NCBI GenBank assembly: GCA_040954595.2
Contig: CM082594.2
Coordinates: forward strand, 1,816,247 to 1,880,246
Origin: Balanoglossus misakiensis
Taxonomy: Eukaryota; Animalia; Hemichordata
Length of the DNA stretch: 64,000 nucleotides
Reading direction: 5' to 3'
Below the pieces are notes generated by a model. That model was not told where the DNA came from, did no database searches, and saw nothing but the letters and a program-made list of their open reading frames with translations. This document shows positions 37,826 through 51,207 of the stretch, one piece after another. The stretch's first letter is position 1. Every line of letters begins with the position of its first letter. A program made the position numbers and the translations under genes.

Positions 37826-39019
37826 AAAATGTCCCCTTGTAAAAAATGTTATCTTTATATCGAGATTCTTCTTCTTAGCCTTTCATACCTGGCAGTGATT
37901 ATTTTGTTCCTCATTAAAATAAACCATATATGTCAAAAACTAAATAGTAATTATGCAGATATCATTTTGGTCGGAATGAATACGATTCTCATTGCAACGC
38001 CTTTTCTAAAGGCGAAATTACAATGCCTGCCTTCGAACGCACACGAAGCATTCGGCCAATAGAGGGCGCCCTGTGCAGCATGGGAAGTTCATTGTTGGCG
38101 ACGTCATAGACGCGTTCTTAGAACGAATAAGAATTAAAATATTTAGCAAAAGTGTCAGTGCCGCATTCCTAACAACCCTATCACGAGATACCGCCTTGAT
38201 TGCCGGGGCCGGGACTTATGAATCCGTGGCACATTTCGGCCAACCAATAAACCTCATTTAGGTAATGTAATGTAATAGAAAATAATTTTATTTTAACAGT
38301 GCATGTCACCTAAAATTCAATATTTCACCCAAAGCAGAAAGGCCATGGTATAGAAATGCTGTTGAAATTTACACAGAGCCAAATTCAACTTACTTTGAAG
38401 TTTTGAGAAAAAGTTAGAAATATATTGAGATGTGCTAATGGAAACTTCCTTTTAAAGACAGACTTTAGGTTTGTAATGTACGGATTGTATGCACCTTTGT
38501 CCTAAAATCCCCTTACAGCTCAACAGTAAAAATGAAACTTACAAAGTAGCCAGTAAAACCACACAGAAACACAACAAATTCACACAGACGATAAAAACAT
38601 AGACATTCAGGGATTAAGATTTCTGATGGCCATTGGCACAAAGTAATTGCTGAACCCCAGCTTACAACACTTGAGACAACAATATCTATGACCTGAGGGT
38701 AACATTTCAAAGCAGGAGTACGATGGATGGTTTACATCAGCAGTGGGATCCCACGAGATTTTCTCAGTGTTGCATTATCGACAAGCTCTGTGAGAAACGG
38801 CGTGGCTCTCCCAATAATCTTAGATGCTATGTGGTTCGATGCGATTTATTCACAACAATATTGCAGACATTCAACGACACAGGGCCGCACGACACAAGTA
38901 CATTATCCGGATTTCAACACGTCGCAACATATGTGATCTTGGTATGCTAAACAACTTCAACAACCAATAACAAACGTCACAAAATGCACCTGGTGAATGA
39001 CACAGTTCGATTAACCAGC

Positions 39020-39155
39020 CAATCTGATTAAAATCTGATGTAGGGAACGGCGACGTGGTTTTCTTATGCTGTCGCCCCACACAGCATAAGAAGTAGGCGA
39101 CAGCAAAGAAAATCGTACCGCGTAAGTAATAAAAAGACTAATTTTAATCAGATTG
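39020..39155. mobile_element. 136-bp MITE with a 9-bp TSD
   Basis: TIR CAATCTGATTAAAAT; flanks TTAACCAGC / TCAACCAGC; same family as 48485-48571. Confidence 0.75.
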
Positions 39156-39448
39156 TCAACCAGCGCATTTGTCACATGGTTAGTGAGGTGCCAGGTACCA
39201 TCATTCGGAACTCAACTTTTGACGGACAAACAACATGGCTGAATTATTGACGAGAACGACCTATTCAGGACACGGAGCAATTTCTGACAACCAAATGAAA
39301 GTGTACGTCATGACTGTGAGGATATGGACTGGATTTGCAAGATTCTGGTAGCCTCATTGAAAATAGTTGACATAAAACATCGTAATAAAAATCGAGGGTG
39401 CCTTTTCTACTGGCTTGAAGTACCCATTGCGAACATCCTCTACTTTAA

Positions 39449-39532
39449 CCCTATCACCCCGAGATCCTCTTTAGTGGTCCACCCTTACCATAGAAAACAA
39501 TGGGTTTGGACTGAACAATGGTGGTGAAAGGG
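39449..39532. mobile_element. 84-bp piggyBac-like MITE
   Basis: TTAA|CCCTATCACC...GGTGAAAGGG|TTAA. Confidence 0.65.
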
Positions 39533-39682
39533 TTAAATTACGTCTTCATTTCAGTACTAGTTACCAGTAAGGGATTTAGTGCGCAAAAAATGCACCGGTG
39601 CAAGAATTTTAATTCGCCAGCTCTTATCATACATCAGAAAAACGACTTGTTTACAATTCACAATTTAATTTTCAAGTCTGTG

Positions 39683-42600
39683 TTAAAATGCATCGACATA
39701 AGACACAATGTAGTTGTTAGAGTTGTACAGTCCGGCCTGATTAATGGCTGTGATAACCACGTGATACTCCTTGGACGGATCAACATCATCCACTATTATC
39801 CGAGTTTCCATGGTTTCAAGCCATTTCAGCACGTCATTGCTCGAGTAGGCCGTACCAACTGTCAGTTGATAGATAAGGCTTGAGTTGCTGACGAAAGCAC
39901 CAGTCCAGTTCAAATGCAAGGTGTCATCTGACAACCACGTGACCGAAAGCTCAGGCTATATGCATTGCAAGACACAGGGAAGAAAAGGTGACCATTGTTT
40001 CTAGAGGAGCAAACATTCTTGCAAAAACAAAACATCGTGGTTTTATTCTTTATCAAAACTGGAGGTGGTACCCATCCAGTATTTGGGCTATACTCTCAGT
40101 ATGTTTGTTTTGGAAATCAACTGTGGTTTCTTGTGTTACTCTGTCCAACGTAAAAAAATAACAGTATCTGTTTTTACAACACACCTCTTTTGGTACAATC
40201 AGAATTGATAGTTGAAAATTCAGGACTTTAATCTCATTTGCCAAATCGGCTTTGTTGAGTTGCGAAAGACTGGTCATTTTAATAAATCTCTCCAGAGTAG
40301 AATACAAAGTCAAAGTAGAAACATAGGATAAAAATACCAATTATCGCCGCGCCAACAGTTAGAGTCAAGAAACAAGTACGACGGATTATTTAGGCTATAC
40401 GTACTTCAAAATATACATGATTTTCCGAGTTAAATCTGTAGATTTCTACTCATAAATCACATGTATAACAATGGCATTAGACTGAAAGATTAAGTCTTGT
40501 GCGGGCGCTCCAGCGCACTGCCTTCGACCCTTTACTGAAGACTCTTTGACAGTGTGTCAGAGCGCCCGCACACGACTGTATCTTTCAGTCTACGATGGCA
40601 TTGGTACCTGTTATTATTGGTGGTTCCGTTTCAATAGATAAATTGACAAAAACGCATGCGCTATAAATGTCTACGTAGTTGACGGCTCTGACAAGTATTT
40701 CGTTGGTCTCGTAGGAATTCAGGTGAAAGCAATGGACCAGGGCAAACGTTTCTCCACCTTCAGCAACGTCGGTCCAATCAAACACTTTACCTTCCTTACT
40801 GTGCATCATACACTGGAATAAGTGAAAACAAATTAAAGAATAATGAACAGGGTTATTTATGAATGGTTCTGAGTGGTCTCACAGTAAAAACCAATTCCCC
40901 TAAAATCAAGAATTACCTGGTAATGCGATAGGCCGGCAATATCCTGAAATCCTCGCCAAGAAAAATTCACTGAATTTGTTATTGACTGGTGATCTTCTCT
41001 TGTTGGATAGTGAGTTTCTGATGATGTTATTAGTTCTACGATAGAATTATCAGCATTCGGGGCATCGGTTACTAAGGTAACGCCATCGGTTATGATCACA
41101 CTTGACAATCCTATGTAATTGTGACAACGGATTGTAGAGAACAGTTTTTGTCCATGTCCAATTTGACCAGTCACATTAACCATGGTGTGATTCTTTTTGT
41201 CAGATTGTTTGAAGTCTTGAATTTCTGCAGAGCCTGGGTCTAGACCTAAACAGGAGGATGGGTAATTAAAATAAATACTACTAGAAAATAAATGAACGGG
41301 CAACCAAATGAATGAATGAATGAATGAATGAATGAATGAATGAATGAATGAGTGAGTGAGTGAGTGAGTGAGTGAGTGAGTGAGTGAGTGAGTGAGTGAG
41401 TGAGTGAGTGAGTGAGTGAATGAATGAATGAATGAATGAATGAATGAATGAATGAATGAATGAATGAATGAATGAATGAATGAATGAATGAGAGAGTGAG
41501 TGAGTGAGTGAGTGAGTGAGTGAGTGAGTGAGTGAGTGAGTGAGTGAGTGAGTGAGTGAGTGAGTGAGTGAGTGAGTGAGTGAGTGAGTGAGTGAGTGAG
41601 TGAGTGAGTGAGTGAATGAATGAATGAATGAATGAATGAATGAATGAATGAATGAATGAATGAATGAAGAACGAACGAACGAACGCCCGCCAGGAACGCA
41701 CAATTCTTTCAATTTCAATGAGATCATTCACGTATGGAGCCTAACGTTATATAGTCCATGGGCCAGAGACCGAAACCCTCCCCCCCCCCTGAGGATTTTT
41801 GCAGACATATATTTTTGGAAAGCCTATTTATCCAGCTGTCAGAATCAGGTTGTTTGCACTCATATTAATGGTGGGTGTGGCCGTGAGGAGCGGTTGTCAT
41901 GGTAACGATAGCATAATTTTAGGGGTACTCATACAGTTAAAAAATGATATATTTCAGGATCTGAGAAAGCTAGAGAAAAAATTTAAACATTGGGTCTTAT
42001 AAAGTAGGGGACGGGCTATCCAATGATTACATGACCGACAAGGTCAGAGGTCAAGTTCATCTTCAAAACGCGGGGTCAAAGTAAAAATTTCGCTATTTTT
42101 TGCACATCGATCATACATAGTTTCGATTTACTGGAAAACGGTTTGCTCGAGGAGGCTGTAAATTGGTCATCAGGTAGCATGGAACATTAGGTTTATGAAA
42201 AATAAGCTGATTCACGTCTTTGATATTAAGTTATATTAAAATTCTGTTACCATAACGACGGATAGCAGATTTTGCGAAAATCACAAAAATAAGAATCCTG
42301 CTATATCTTTGCTACCAATTAAGCTTTAGATAAAATTTAAACACTCAAACTTATAATGTCGGGTGCGATCTTTTCATTGCTAACTTGAACTTTGGGGTTC
42401 AAGATCAAGGTCATCCTCAAATTTCAGGTCAAAGTGACAAAATGGACATTACGGATTTTTGTTCAAAATGACATTTTACGGCGAGCGTTTACTAAACACT
42501 GTTTGGGTCTAGAATGCTATAATTTGATCTCCAGATAGAGATGTGTATTGTTTACAAAGATTTTAATTTGTTTTGCTGTTTACATATACTTAATATGCAA

Positions 42601-45600
42601 AACCTGCTGTTTTAATGACAACAAAATGAATGGTAGGAATAGCAAGAGTACTCATACAGTTAAAATGAGATATTTCAGGTTCTGAGAAAGCTAGAGAAAA
42701 AATTTAAACATTCAGTATTATAAAGTAGGGTACGGACTATCCAATTATTACACGACCGACAAGGTCAGAGGTCAAGTTCATCTTCAAAACTTGGGGTCAA
42801 AGTGAAAATTTCGCTATTTTTTGCATATCGGTCATACATAGTTTTGATTTACTGGAAAACGGTTTGCTCGAGGAGGCTGTAAATTGGTCATCAGGTTGCA
42901 AGGAATATTAGCTTTAAGAAAAATAGGCCTATTTTCGTCTTTGGTTGTAATTTATATTAAAATTCTGTAACCATAACGACGGATAGAAGATTTTGCGAAA
43001 TTCCCCAAAATAAGAAACTTGCTATATCTTTGCTACCAATTAAGCTTTAGATAAAATTTAAACACTCAAACTTGTATTGTCGGATGCGAGCTTTTGATTG
43101 CTAAATTGAACTTTGGGGTTCAAGGTCAAGGTCATCCTCAAATTTCGGGTCAAAGTGACAAAATGGGCATTACGGACTTTGTTCAAAATCACATTTTACG
43201 GCGAGCGTTTACTACACTGTTGGGATCTAGAATGCTATAATTTTGTATATTTTGATATTAATATTCAAATAAGATGCCACTTTGATTTCTGGATATTATT
43301 ATATAAAAAAACGCGACCGTGGGAGTGCGAGTCATGCTGATTTATGCGTTATCCCATGATGCCACTGTAGCAATAGTCCAGACAAACCGATCGAATATCT
43401 GTGTTTTAGGCACAGAGATTTTTTGGAAATTGTGCGTAAAGCACTTAAGACACATTATATACTCAAAAGCAATGTTTTTAAATCACAATCATTCATAATC
43501 ATACAAAATGAATGCTACGTTTAAAAAAAAACGTTTGCTCATGTGGAAATGTTTTCCGGTTGTTTGTCATTGCATGGCCTCCATCTTGCTGATGAAACGT
43601 CCAGCGCTAGGTTCTGCAACTTTTTATCATGGTGTAAAGGTAGGGAACACAGTCAATGCCTGAGATGGATTGTGATCTTTTGACTTCCCAGCCTGCTAAT
43701 GAACTTTTGGAAATAGTTCACAATTTTGTGGAACACATCATTGAACATCATTTCCCGCTTATGGCTGAGTTTAGACAAGAGAGGAGTAACTTTTAACTTT
43801 TGGTATGACTTTGTGTAGAGTATTGCTGCCATTACAACTCTACCCACCGGTGGAAATGTAAGTGCATTAAGAAATGGTGATTGAGATATTTGCCAAACTG
43901 CTAAGAATCAGCTATTATTTCCTCTGTTGTTTTGTGCCAATCGAAACGGACTATGCAAGATACATGTCAGTACTTATTCTGGTGATGCATGGAATACCCG
44001 AAAGTGTACAAGAGTCATTAAATGAGGAGGATTCATGGCAAACTTATCTGACGATTCACTAAAGGGTGCTGGTGGTGTTATAGGATTAAAGATGAGAGGT
44101 TTAGCACTTGAAAAGTGGTTTTGGGTGGACCGATTACTGCAAAGTTCTCTGATACATTTCACAAATAAATATGCAGTATTGGTAAACAAAATAAGATCCG
44201 ATATGGAAAAGCAGTCATTAAGAGATGGAATACTGATGTGGCAAAGCTTTAAGAATTATAAGGTGGAGCATTTGTCGACCCATTTGATCTTTCCGACCCT
44301 CATTTAAGCAATTATCAACATTACTATATCAAAAGATATGGCTGGGGTTTTTTTCTGAGCAAATAATTATACAAGAAGAACCTGACAAACCGTGTAAGTG
44401 CTTCTATCATAGTATGACTTGCGGCAATGTAAAAACATGACAAAAATGAAGAAGACGGTTTATCTTTGATTACCTGCTGTTAATACAAGTTAGAAGATGC
44501 CACTCATTGGAGTCATTGAAAATTCCAACGTTCCTCTCTGTTTGTTTTCAGATGATGGACTTAAAATTCATTTCCAGGAGACAGATAGACTAGACTTGAG
44601 GCTGCCGATGCCATAGTTTATGATGACCATTCAGTCTCTGTCTGGTCCTAATCTTGTAGACAGAATCACTTTTATCGATATAGCAATAGGATTTATGGAA
44701 TACATAATGTAGAATAGAGGCCGAATTTTAGGTCCTGTTGATAATTCGCAAATACACATGATCATTGATAATTATGATGCCAAACGGATCAAAGGCCAAA
44801 CACGTGAAGTGAGCGTTGCACCAGCACATCATATCATACTTGATCTAGTTGCTCCGACAAAATGGACGGCATTCTTGCTTACCACTAGTCTGAAAACAAA
44901 GCAAATTTTGCAAAATGCTACACATTATGAAAAAAGTAGATCTCAACATTGGTCAAAAATGAATTGTAAGTGGAGGACCAAACTTCACCACTTTTATTGT
45001 CGCAAAAGATACAGTGAAGAAGCAGATACGCGGATTGTTCTTAGTTCTACACGCAATTGCAGCGTCTGATAGAGGGGCAAGATGACTCCTTACGTCAACT
45101 TGTCATATCAACAGAAATCATCTTGATAAGAATGTGCTAAATATGATAAAACTTTGTACATATTTAAACTGAAATACCATAGAATGGCCACAATATAAGT
45201 TGAATATAGTATTTTTACAGTAAAAGCATGCTGATAATGTATGTCCCTTTATAGCAATTGCAAATGCACGTTCGCATATTTCAAGAAATATACCAATTTT
45301 ACTAAATCTTGAATTCATCAGCTCGCCATAGGAATTGAAAATGTCATCAAGCATTTTCAAACTCTCAGAACAATAACTTTAAAATGGTGTATGACACAAA
45401 ATGTTGTATGGCCAAGTCAGAGGGTTCGTTTTTTCTGGGGAGATCTGCAACACTAATTAGAGTTGGGATATTGAATTTTGACCCCATCTTTTGAAGGTGA
45501 CCCTGAACTTAAATTTAAAATATCAAAATATACAAAATTATAGCATTCTAGATCCCAACAGTGTAGTAAACGCTCGCCGTAAAATGTCATTTTGAACCAA

Positions 45601-48600
45601 AATTTGAGGATGACCTTGACCTTGAACCCCAAATTTCAATTTAGCAATCAAAAGCTCGCATCCGACAATACAAGTTTGAGTGTTTAAATTTTATCTAAAG
45701 CTTAATTGGTAGCAAAGATATAGCAAGTTTCTTATTTTGGGGAATTTCGCAAAATCTTCTATCCGTCGTTATGGTTACAGAATTTTAATATAAATTACAA
45801 CCAAAGACGAAAATAGGCCTATTTTTCTTAAAGCTAATATTCCTTGCAACCTGATGACCAATTTACAGCCTCCTCGAGCAAACCGTTTTCCAGTAAATCA
45901 AAACTATGTATGACCGATATGCAAAAAATAGCGAAATTTTCACTTTGACCCCAAGTTTTGAAGATGAACTTGACCTCTGACCTTGTCGGTCGTGTAATAA
46001 TTGGATAGTCCGTACCCTACTTTATAATACTGAATGTTTAAATTTTTTCTCTAGCTTTCTCAGAACCTGAAATATCTCATTTTAACTGTATGAGTACTCT
46101 TGCTATTCCTACCATTCATTTTGTTGTCATTAAAACAGCAGGTTTTGCATATTAAGTATATGTAAACAGCAAAACAAATTAAAATCTTTGTAAACAATAC
46201 ACATCTCTATCTGGAGATCAAATTATAGCATTCTAGACCCAAACAGTGTTTAGTAAACGCTCGCCGTAAAATGTCATTTTGAACAAAAATCCGTAATGTC
46301 CATTTTGTCACTTTGACCTGAAATTTGAGGATGACCTTGATCTTGAACCCCAAAGTTCAAGTTAGCAATGAAAAGATCGCACCCGACATTATAAGTTTGA
46401 GTGTTTAAATTTTATCTAAAGCTTAATTGGTAGCAAAGATATAGCAGGATTCTTATTTTTGTGATTTTCGCAAAATCTGCTATCCGTCGTTATGGTAACA
46501 GAATTTTAATATAACTTAATATCAAAGACGTGAATCAGCTTATTTTTCATAAACCTAATGTTCCATGCTACCTGATGACCAATTTACAGCCTCCTCGAGC
46601 AAACCGTTTTCCAGTAAATCGAAACTATGTATGATCGATGTGCAAAAAATAGCGAAATTTTTACTTTGACCCCGCGTTTTGAAGATGAACTTGACCTCTG
46701 ACCTTGTCGGTCATGTAATCATTGGATAGCCCGTCCCCTACTTTATAAGACCCAATGTTTAAATTTTTTCTCTAGCTTTCTCAGATCCTGAAATATATCA
46801 TTTTTTAACTGTATGAGTACCCCTAAAATTATGCTATCGTTACCATGACAACCGCTCCTCACGGCCACACCCACCATTAATATGAGTGCAAACAACCTGA
46901 TTCTGACAGCTGGATAAATAGGCTTTCCAAAAATATATGTCTGCAAAAATCCTCAGGGGGGGGAGGGTTTCGGTCTCTGGCCCATGGACTAATAGTATAA
47001 CATTCACATTTCACAGCTGATTGAAATCAGCTGAAGGGATTGGCTCCGTCTCTCCATTTACCGTGTTTTCGCTGTTCTCGTTATGTGTGGGAGATGCACC
47101 ACCAAATAAGATCTTGTATATAGACACGGAATCTAATCAGTTTTCTCACAGCTGATATTCATCAGACCCATATATATTATATATATATATATATATATAC
47201 GATTTGGGAGTTCGTTGCAAGTACTGATGGCAGAGTGCTCGATGGTGTAAATCCAGAGCTTGATAGTAGAGTGTGCAAGGGAACTAAGGCTGTTTTGACA
47301 TAGGCGGTGTATTACTGTTCAGTTTCGTGTAAGCTGGGCCTACACTCGTCAGATACTGATGCCTGAATGATGGTGAAGGGTGTGGACAACAGGGAATTGG
47401 GTAGGGTGGATATGCAAATGGGCCTACATTTGAATGGGAGTGTGTATTGATTGGGGCTGTGTGGAGGGGTGTTGATTGGCCAGATTCTTCAGGAGGAATT
47501 TGCTGGAGTGGCGGCATGTGCTGACGAGTTCGTTACGTTTGTTGAGTGTGGCTAGTTTTGGTTTGCATATGATGAAATATTTTTCCCAAAGACATAGGTT
47601 GCATCTGTTGCTGGTTGGGGTATAGGGGCTAGCTTGTTTTAATGTTTTCCATGTGATTTTGTGTTCTATGTGCTCGTCCTTTAGTTTCCAAATGTATTTA
47701 CTGAGTTCTGTACTGTTCTTTTTGGCGGCGTTCCTGAATGAGTCCTTGTGGTTGTTGAAGCGGGTCTTGAAGGTGTTGGCAGTTAGTCCGACGTAGGTTT
47801 GGTCCGGCTTGCTATCCTGCGTAGTAACGATGGCTTGGTATACAATTGATTCGGTTAGGCAGTGTCCTGACATTGGGCAGTTTGCAGGTGACCGGCAGTT
47901 GCATTGTTTTTTAGTGCTGTTGTCGTTGTTGCTGGAAAGTACCGATTTGTTGTGATTCTGGATGGTTTGTGCTGTGTTGCCCATGGTGCTGTAGCTTATT
48001 TTAACTGTGTTCCGGTTGAATATCTTGTGGAGGGTGTGGCTTGGTGGAAATTCTTCGTTAATTATTTTGAGGAACTCTCTCCCTATATGTGTGGCGACGT
48101 TTTTACTGTACGGTGGGGTGTACCATATTATGTTCCTGCTGCGGTTTCTCTTGTGGGCTTGTGGTTGTTCTGTTGGCGGCGAGAATTTCAGTTGATGTTT
48201 GTATCCGCTTTTGTAGATGGCCTGTTGGTATAGTGGTGCGGCCGTGTTGAAGCATTCGTCGTCATATGAAATTTCTGAGAGTCGCTTGTTGATGGATTCT
48301 GGTATGTTTTTGAGGATTCCTGGTGGGTGGTTTGATTTGCTGTGGACGTATTGCGGAATGTTGTTGGGTTTCGTGTAGGGCTGGTATTGATAATATCAAC
48401 AAATTCTGATAATCAATATCGTCTTCTCCGTCACCGTCCTGTCATATTAATCAGTAAAAAATAAATACTGGTCACACTAAAACACAAACTGATTAAAATC
48501 AGATGTAGGGAACGGCGAAGTGGTTAAGAAAACCACGTCGCCGTTCCCTACATCAGATTTTAAAATGATTGACTAAAACAACACAATGAACGTTTGAAAT

Positions 48601-48852
48601 TCAATCTAACTGACTGGTGGTGTTTGAACCAAACACCATTTGTAAAGATTGTACGAAATTTACCGTTGTTAAACACGGAAAAGCAAGAGAATACCTTCGC
48701 ACAACACAAGTTTGGAGCCGATGTGTCCACCACTGTTGCATCCGAATAAATGACAGATTCCAGCTCTGCTGAATTTCTTGTCACAACTGTAACAAAAAAT
48801 GTGATCCTTGAAAAAGTGTCAATCCATGACATGTATACGGCAACCGAGAAGG
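39683..48852 (-). CDS. 3' exons (48695-~48852, 40917-41245, 40608-40812, 39683-39955) of a large beta-rich, FN3-like extracellular protein; 5' part missing, possibly a pseudogene
   Basis: Repeat-type motifs VTRNSAELES..SDATVVDTSAP, CHNYIGLSSVIITDGVTLVTDAP, VRAVNYVD and ITAINQAGL. Splice sites are mostly canonical; the two middle exons are phase-compatible but the other joins are not. Confidence 0.65.
40478..40592. mobile_element. 115-bp palindromic MITE with TAG...CTA termini and a 9-bp TSD
   Basis: TAGACTGAAAGAT..TGTGCGGGCGCTC / GAGCGCCCGCACA..ATCTTTCAGTCTA; flanks CAATGGCAT / CGATGGCAT. Confidence 0.8.
41308..41667. repeat. Alternating (TGAA)n/(TGAG)n microsatellite
   Basis: Direct reading. 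Confidence 0.97.
41752..46991 (+). mobile_element. AcademX-like DNA transposon with ~1.5 kb TIRs and a decayed transposase
   Basis: TIRs 41752-43259 and 45519-46991, TAG...CTA termini, 3-bp ATA TSD. Internal remnants DYARYM, KGAGGVIGL..ALEKWF and EEADTRIVL (XPG/PIN-like). Confidence 0.85.
47200..48390 (-). mobile_element. 5'-truncated Penelope-like retroelement (RT thumb, linker, C-terminal GIY-YIG endonuclease) adjoining a (TA)n tract
   Basis: Open frame 47424-48390: YVHSKSNHPP, IWYTPPYS, LHKIFNRNTVKISYS, CNCR..CP, IVYQ...YVGLT..FKTRFNNH, CNLCLWEK, LNKRNEL. Confidence 0.92.
47309..47356 (-). ncRNA. Minimal type I hammerhead ribozyme in the Penelope-like 3' terminal region
   Basis: Minus strand GUAU CUGACGA GUGUAGG cccag CUUACAC GAA ACUG aa CAGU A AUAC: intact core, stem II, short stem III and a GUA cleavage triplet. 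Confidence 0.88.
48485..48571. mobile_element. 87-bp fold-back MITE with a perfect 9-bp TSD
   Basis: ACTAAAACA at 48476-48484 and 48572-48580; the body is almost entirely palindromic. Confidence 0.85.
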
Positions 48853-49442
48853 CTCATGAAACAAGAATACTATTTGTGACTTTTTTTTTTACTTCTTGTT
48901 CGTTTTTGTGTTTATACTTAAAGGCGGAACTCCCGTATAAAAGCGCGAGAGCACGCGAGAGTTGGCATAATGGTGGGAGATTCAAACTCACTAACAACAG
49001 AACGGACGTTGTCCATAATAGACAGTAAATTTAGGTCTACCGATGATTTTTTTCGTCTCTAAATTCAAAAAGGAGTGCATGAGTTTATTTAGCACGACAT
49101 CCGCGGTTTCTGGTGCAATACAATTTGAAAATACTTTCGAAAACCGAAGATGAAATCATTTTGTCCCCGAGATATGACCGGTATATCGGTACGATTTTCA
49201 GTTTGTATCTGCGTGATTGACGTATTATGCAAATCAAAATTGGGCACCATTGATACATTGTGGCGTTGATTGCAAAGTGTGCGTGACCTGAAAATGGGGA
49301 TGTGATCATACCAAATTTATCACACATGAACATGCATGCATCCATACATTCGGTAGTTCTCTTCTTGGAAATTGTGTTGGTCCTGAAAAGGACCGTTTGT
49401 ATTTGTGTACCAACCGTACAAAGTGAAGAGGGGAAAGCCTCA

Positions 49443-50087
49443 TCAGTGCCATTTATGCCCAACGTAAGACACACCGGGTAAATTCGGGTAGAGACCACGG
49501 ACAAGTCTCAGCACACAATCTGGCATAACCTCTCTACTTGTCCACACTGTCGAGGTGTCTTCCTTCTTTTCCAGCAGTTTTCCCTTCTTTCGGATGTACT
49601 CTGGAAAGCGCCAAGCGTAACGGTCGCTTAGCTGTTTCCAAAAACGTTTGTACATCTTTTTCCTCACAAGATTGTTTCCAGCTCGTGCTTTCTGACCCGA
49701 TCCTAGCCAATGCTGCCTATGTGTGGTAACACATGGCGAACAAAAACAAAATTCACAGGAGTTGTCCGAATCTCCGAAAGCCGATGTGCTCATGGACACG
49801 GTGTTTACTTCGACGCCTGCTGCAGTTGTACCGCCTTCAGACACCGGGGGAGGGTCATTTGGGATTGCATCCGATAGACCGGCTATGTTCCCATTCAACT
49901 TGCTGGCAGCCGATATTGGGGTACTAACCCCCGCGGTCGCAGCAGGTGAACTTATGTGCCCCCGCCGCTCGATGACCGAGAGCTCCCATTCATTCATGGC
50001 AAAGAAAATTTCCAGTGCTTCCTCCTGCTCTTCAGTGACCGCTATCTTGATAATTCGTGTCGACATGATGGATTCAGCTGACAACAC
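49443..50087 (-). CDS. P2X7-ballast-like / KolX-like Cys-rich protein
   Basis: CEFCFCSPCVTTH...NNLVRKKMYKRFW...REVMPDCVLRLVRGLYPN...YVGH resembles the R..P.C....R..YP....Y.G motif of the P2X7 C-terminal ballast family. Confidence 0.65.
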   Translation of the reverse strand: MLSAESIMSTRIIKIAVTEEQEEALEIFFAMNEWELSVIERRGHISSPAATAGVSTPISAASKLNGNIAGLSDAIPNDPPPVSEGGTTAAGVEVNTVSMSTSAFGDSDNSCEFCFCSPCVTTHRQHWLGSGQKARAGNNLVRKKMYKRFWKQLSDRYAWRFPEYIRKKGKLLEKKEDTSTVWTSREVMPDCVLRLVRGLYPNLPGVSYVGHKWH

Positions 50088-50456
50088 GTTCCGCGGTTAG
50101 GATCGAGTGGGTATATAATGTGTTTGCTTTTGGCGGGCGCGGGATCCCCATTTGAAGTCGAAGTAGCAAAATATAAAAATTCACCATTTTCGGGAGGGAC
50201 GAAGAGTGACGCGTATGCTTTGAGAATTTACAAAGTCGTCATTTCGACAAGTTTTTAGTGATTTAAAATTGGAAACTAATCGTATTAATTGGTGAAAGCG
50301 GGTTTTCTCAGTTGTATTTTAATGTTATGATTTAAAAATCGGCAGAAAAAAAATTCGTTTCACCTACCATGGTGGAATGAACCCGTACAAAGTTTTGGTA
50401 AAATGTTGCAATTACATTCACACCTCTGCGCCAATATTTGGTTGTAAATTTATCGC

Positions 50457-50560
50457 ATGCAAGTCATCACAAGAGTTTCGTTCTAATAATAAGAAATTAT
50501 AATCATATATGCAAGTCATCACAAGAGTTTCGTTCTAATAATAAGAAATTATAATCATAT
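50457..50560. repeat. 52-bp tandem duplication between the divergent ORFs
   Basis: ATGCAAGTCATCACAAGAGTTTCGTTCTAATAATAAGAAATTATAATCATAT twice. Confidence 0.9.
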
Positions 50561-50583
50561 AACAATAAAGGCTGCAAATCATC

Positions 50584-51207
50584 ATGCAAACTGAGGCCGT
50601 CGAAGCAAATAATGAACAGCGTCCAGCTGGTCCACCTACTCGACCCATCAGAGATTCAACTCAGAGCCAAATGAATCGTCGCAGGGGGACCTACCCGTCC
50701 GACAGCAGTGAATGCATGAGACAACGAAATTTGAAAAGGAAGCTGCAGCCATCGAAAAACCGTGGTAAACTAACATTTTACTATGAAACCGAATATGATA
50801 AATGTACGTTGTTTAATAAACTTGACCGGGTGAAAATGATGATAGGTGGCAACACCACTGTATCATCGACGTACGAAGCTCTTTGCACGGTTTTGGATGA
50901 CTTTATCCTGACAAATTTTGATCGTCAACCTAACGATGTAGATCTTGAACTTGCCGATCAACAACCTATGAACGGTTCGGATTTTGCTTTTTCCACAATG
51001 GAAGATAGTTTGCAGTTAGGGTCCGGTGAGGAAATGTTTGTTTGCACGACAAAGGCTCTACAGAAATTGGCAGATACAGTGGTTGAGCATCGTGGTAGAT
51101 GTCCAGCGTCGTCAATGAAGACAGACAAACTTGATAAATTTGGACATGTGTTACGTGCAACTCTGGTATGCTACCAGAACAGTTCACATATCACAAAATG
51201 TAACTGA
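50584..51207 (+). pseudogene. N-terminal part of a probable Kolobok-type transposase, truncated
   Basis: MFVCTTKALQKL...H..RC...FGHVLRATLVC...H zinc-ribbon-like pattern; the ORF ends where OATP exon sequence begins. Confidence 0.5.

Larger units (their letters stand above)
48922..51200. mobile_element. Kolobok-like DNA transposon remnant (left end plus two divergent ORFs), right part deleted
   Basis: TTAA|AGGCGGAACTC terminus; divergent intronless ORFs at 49443-50087 (-) and 50584-51207 (+). Confidence 0.6.

Noticed and set aside
41246-41731. HSFI/HSLT repeat proteins
   Set aside because: Translation of tetranucleotide microsatellites.
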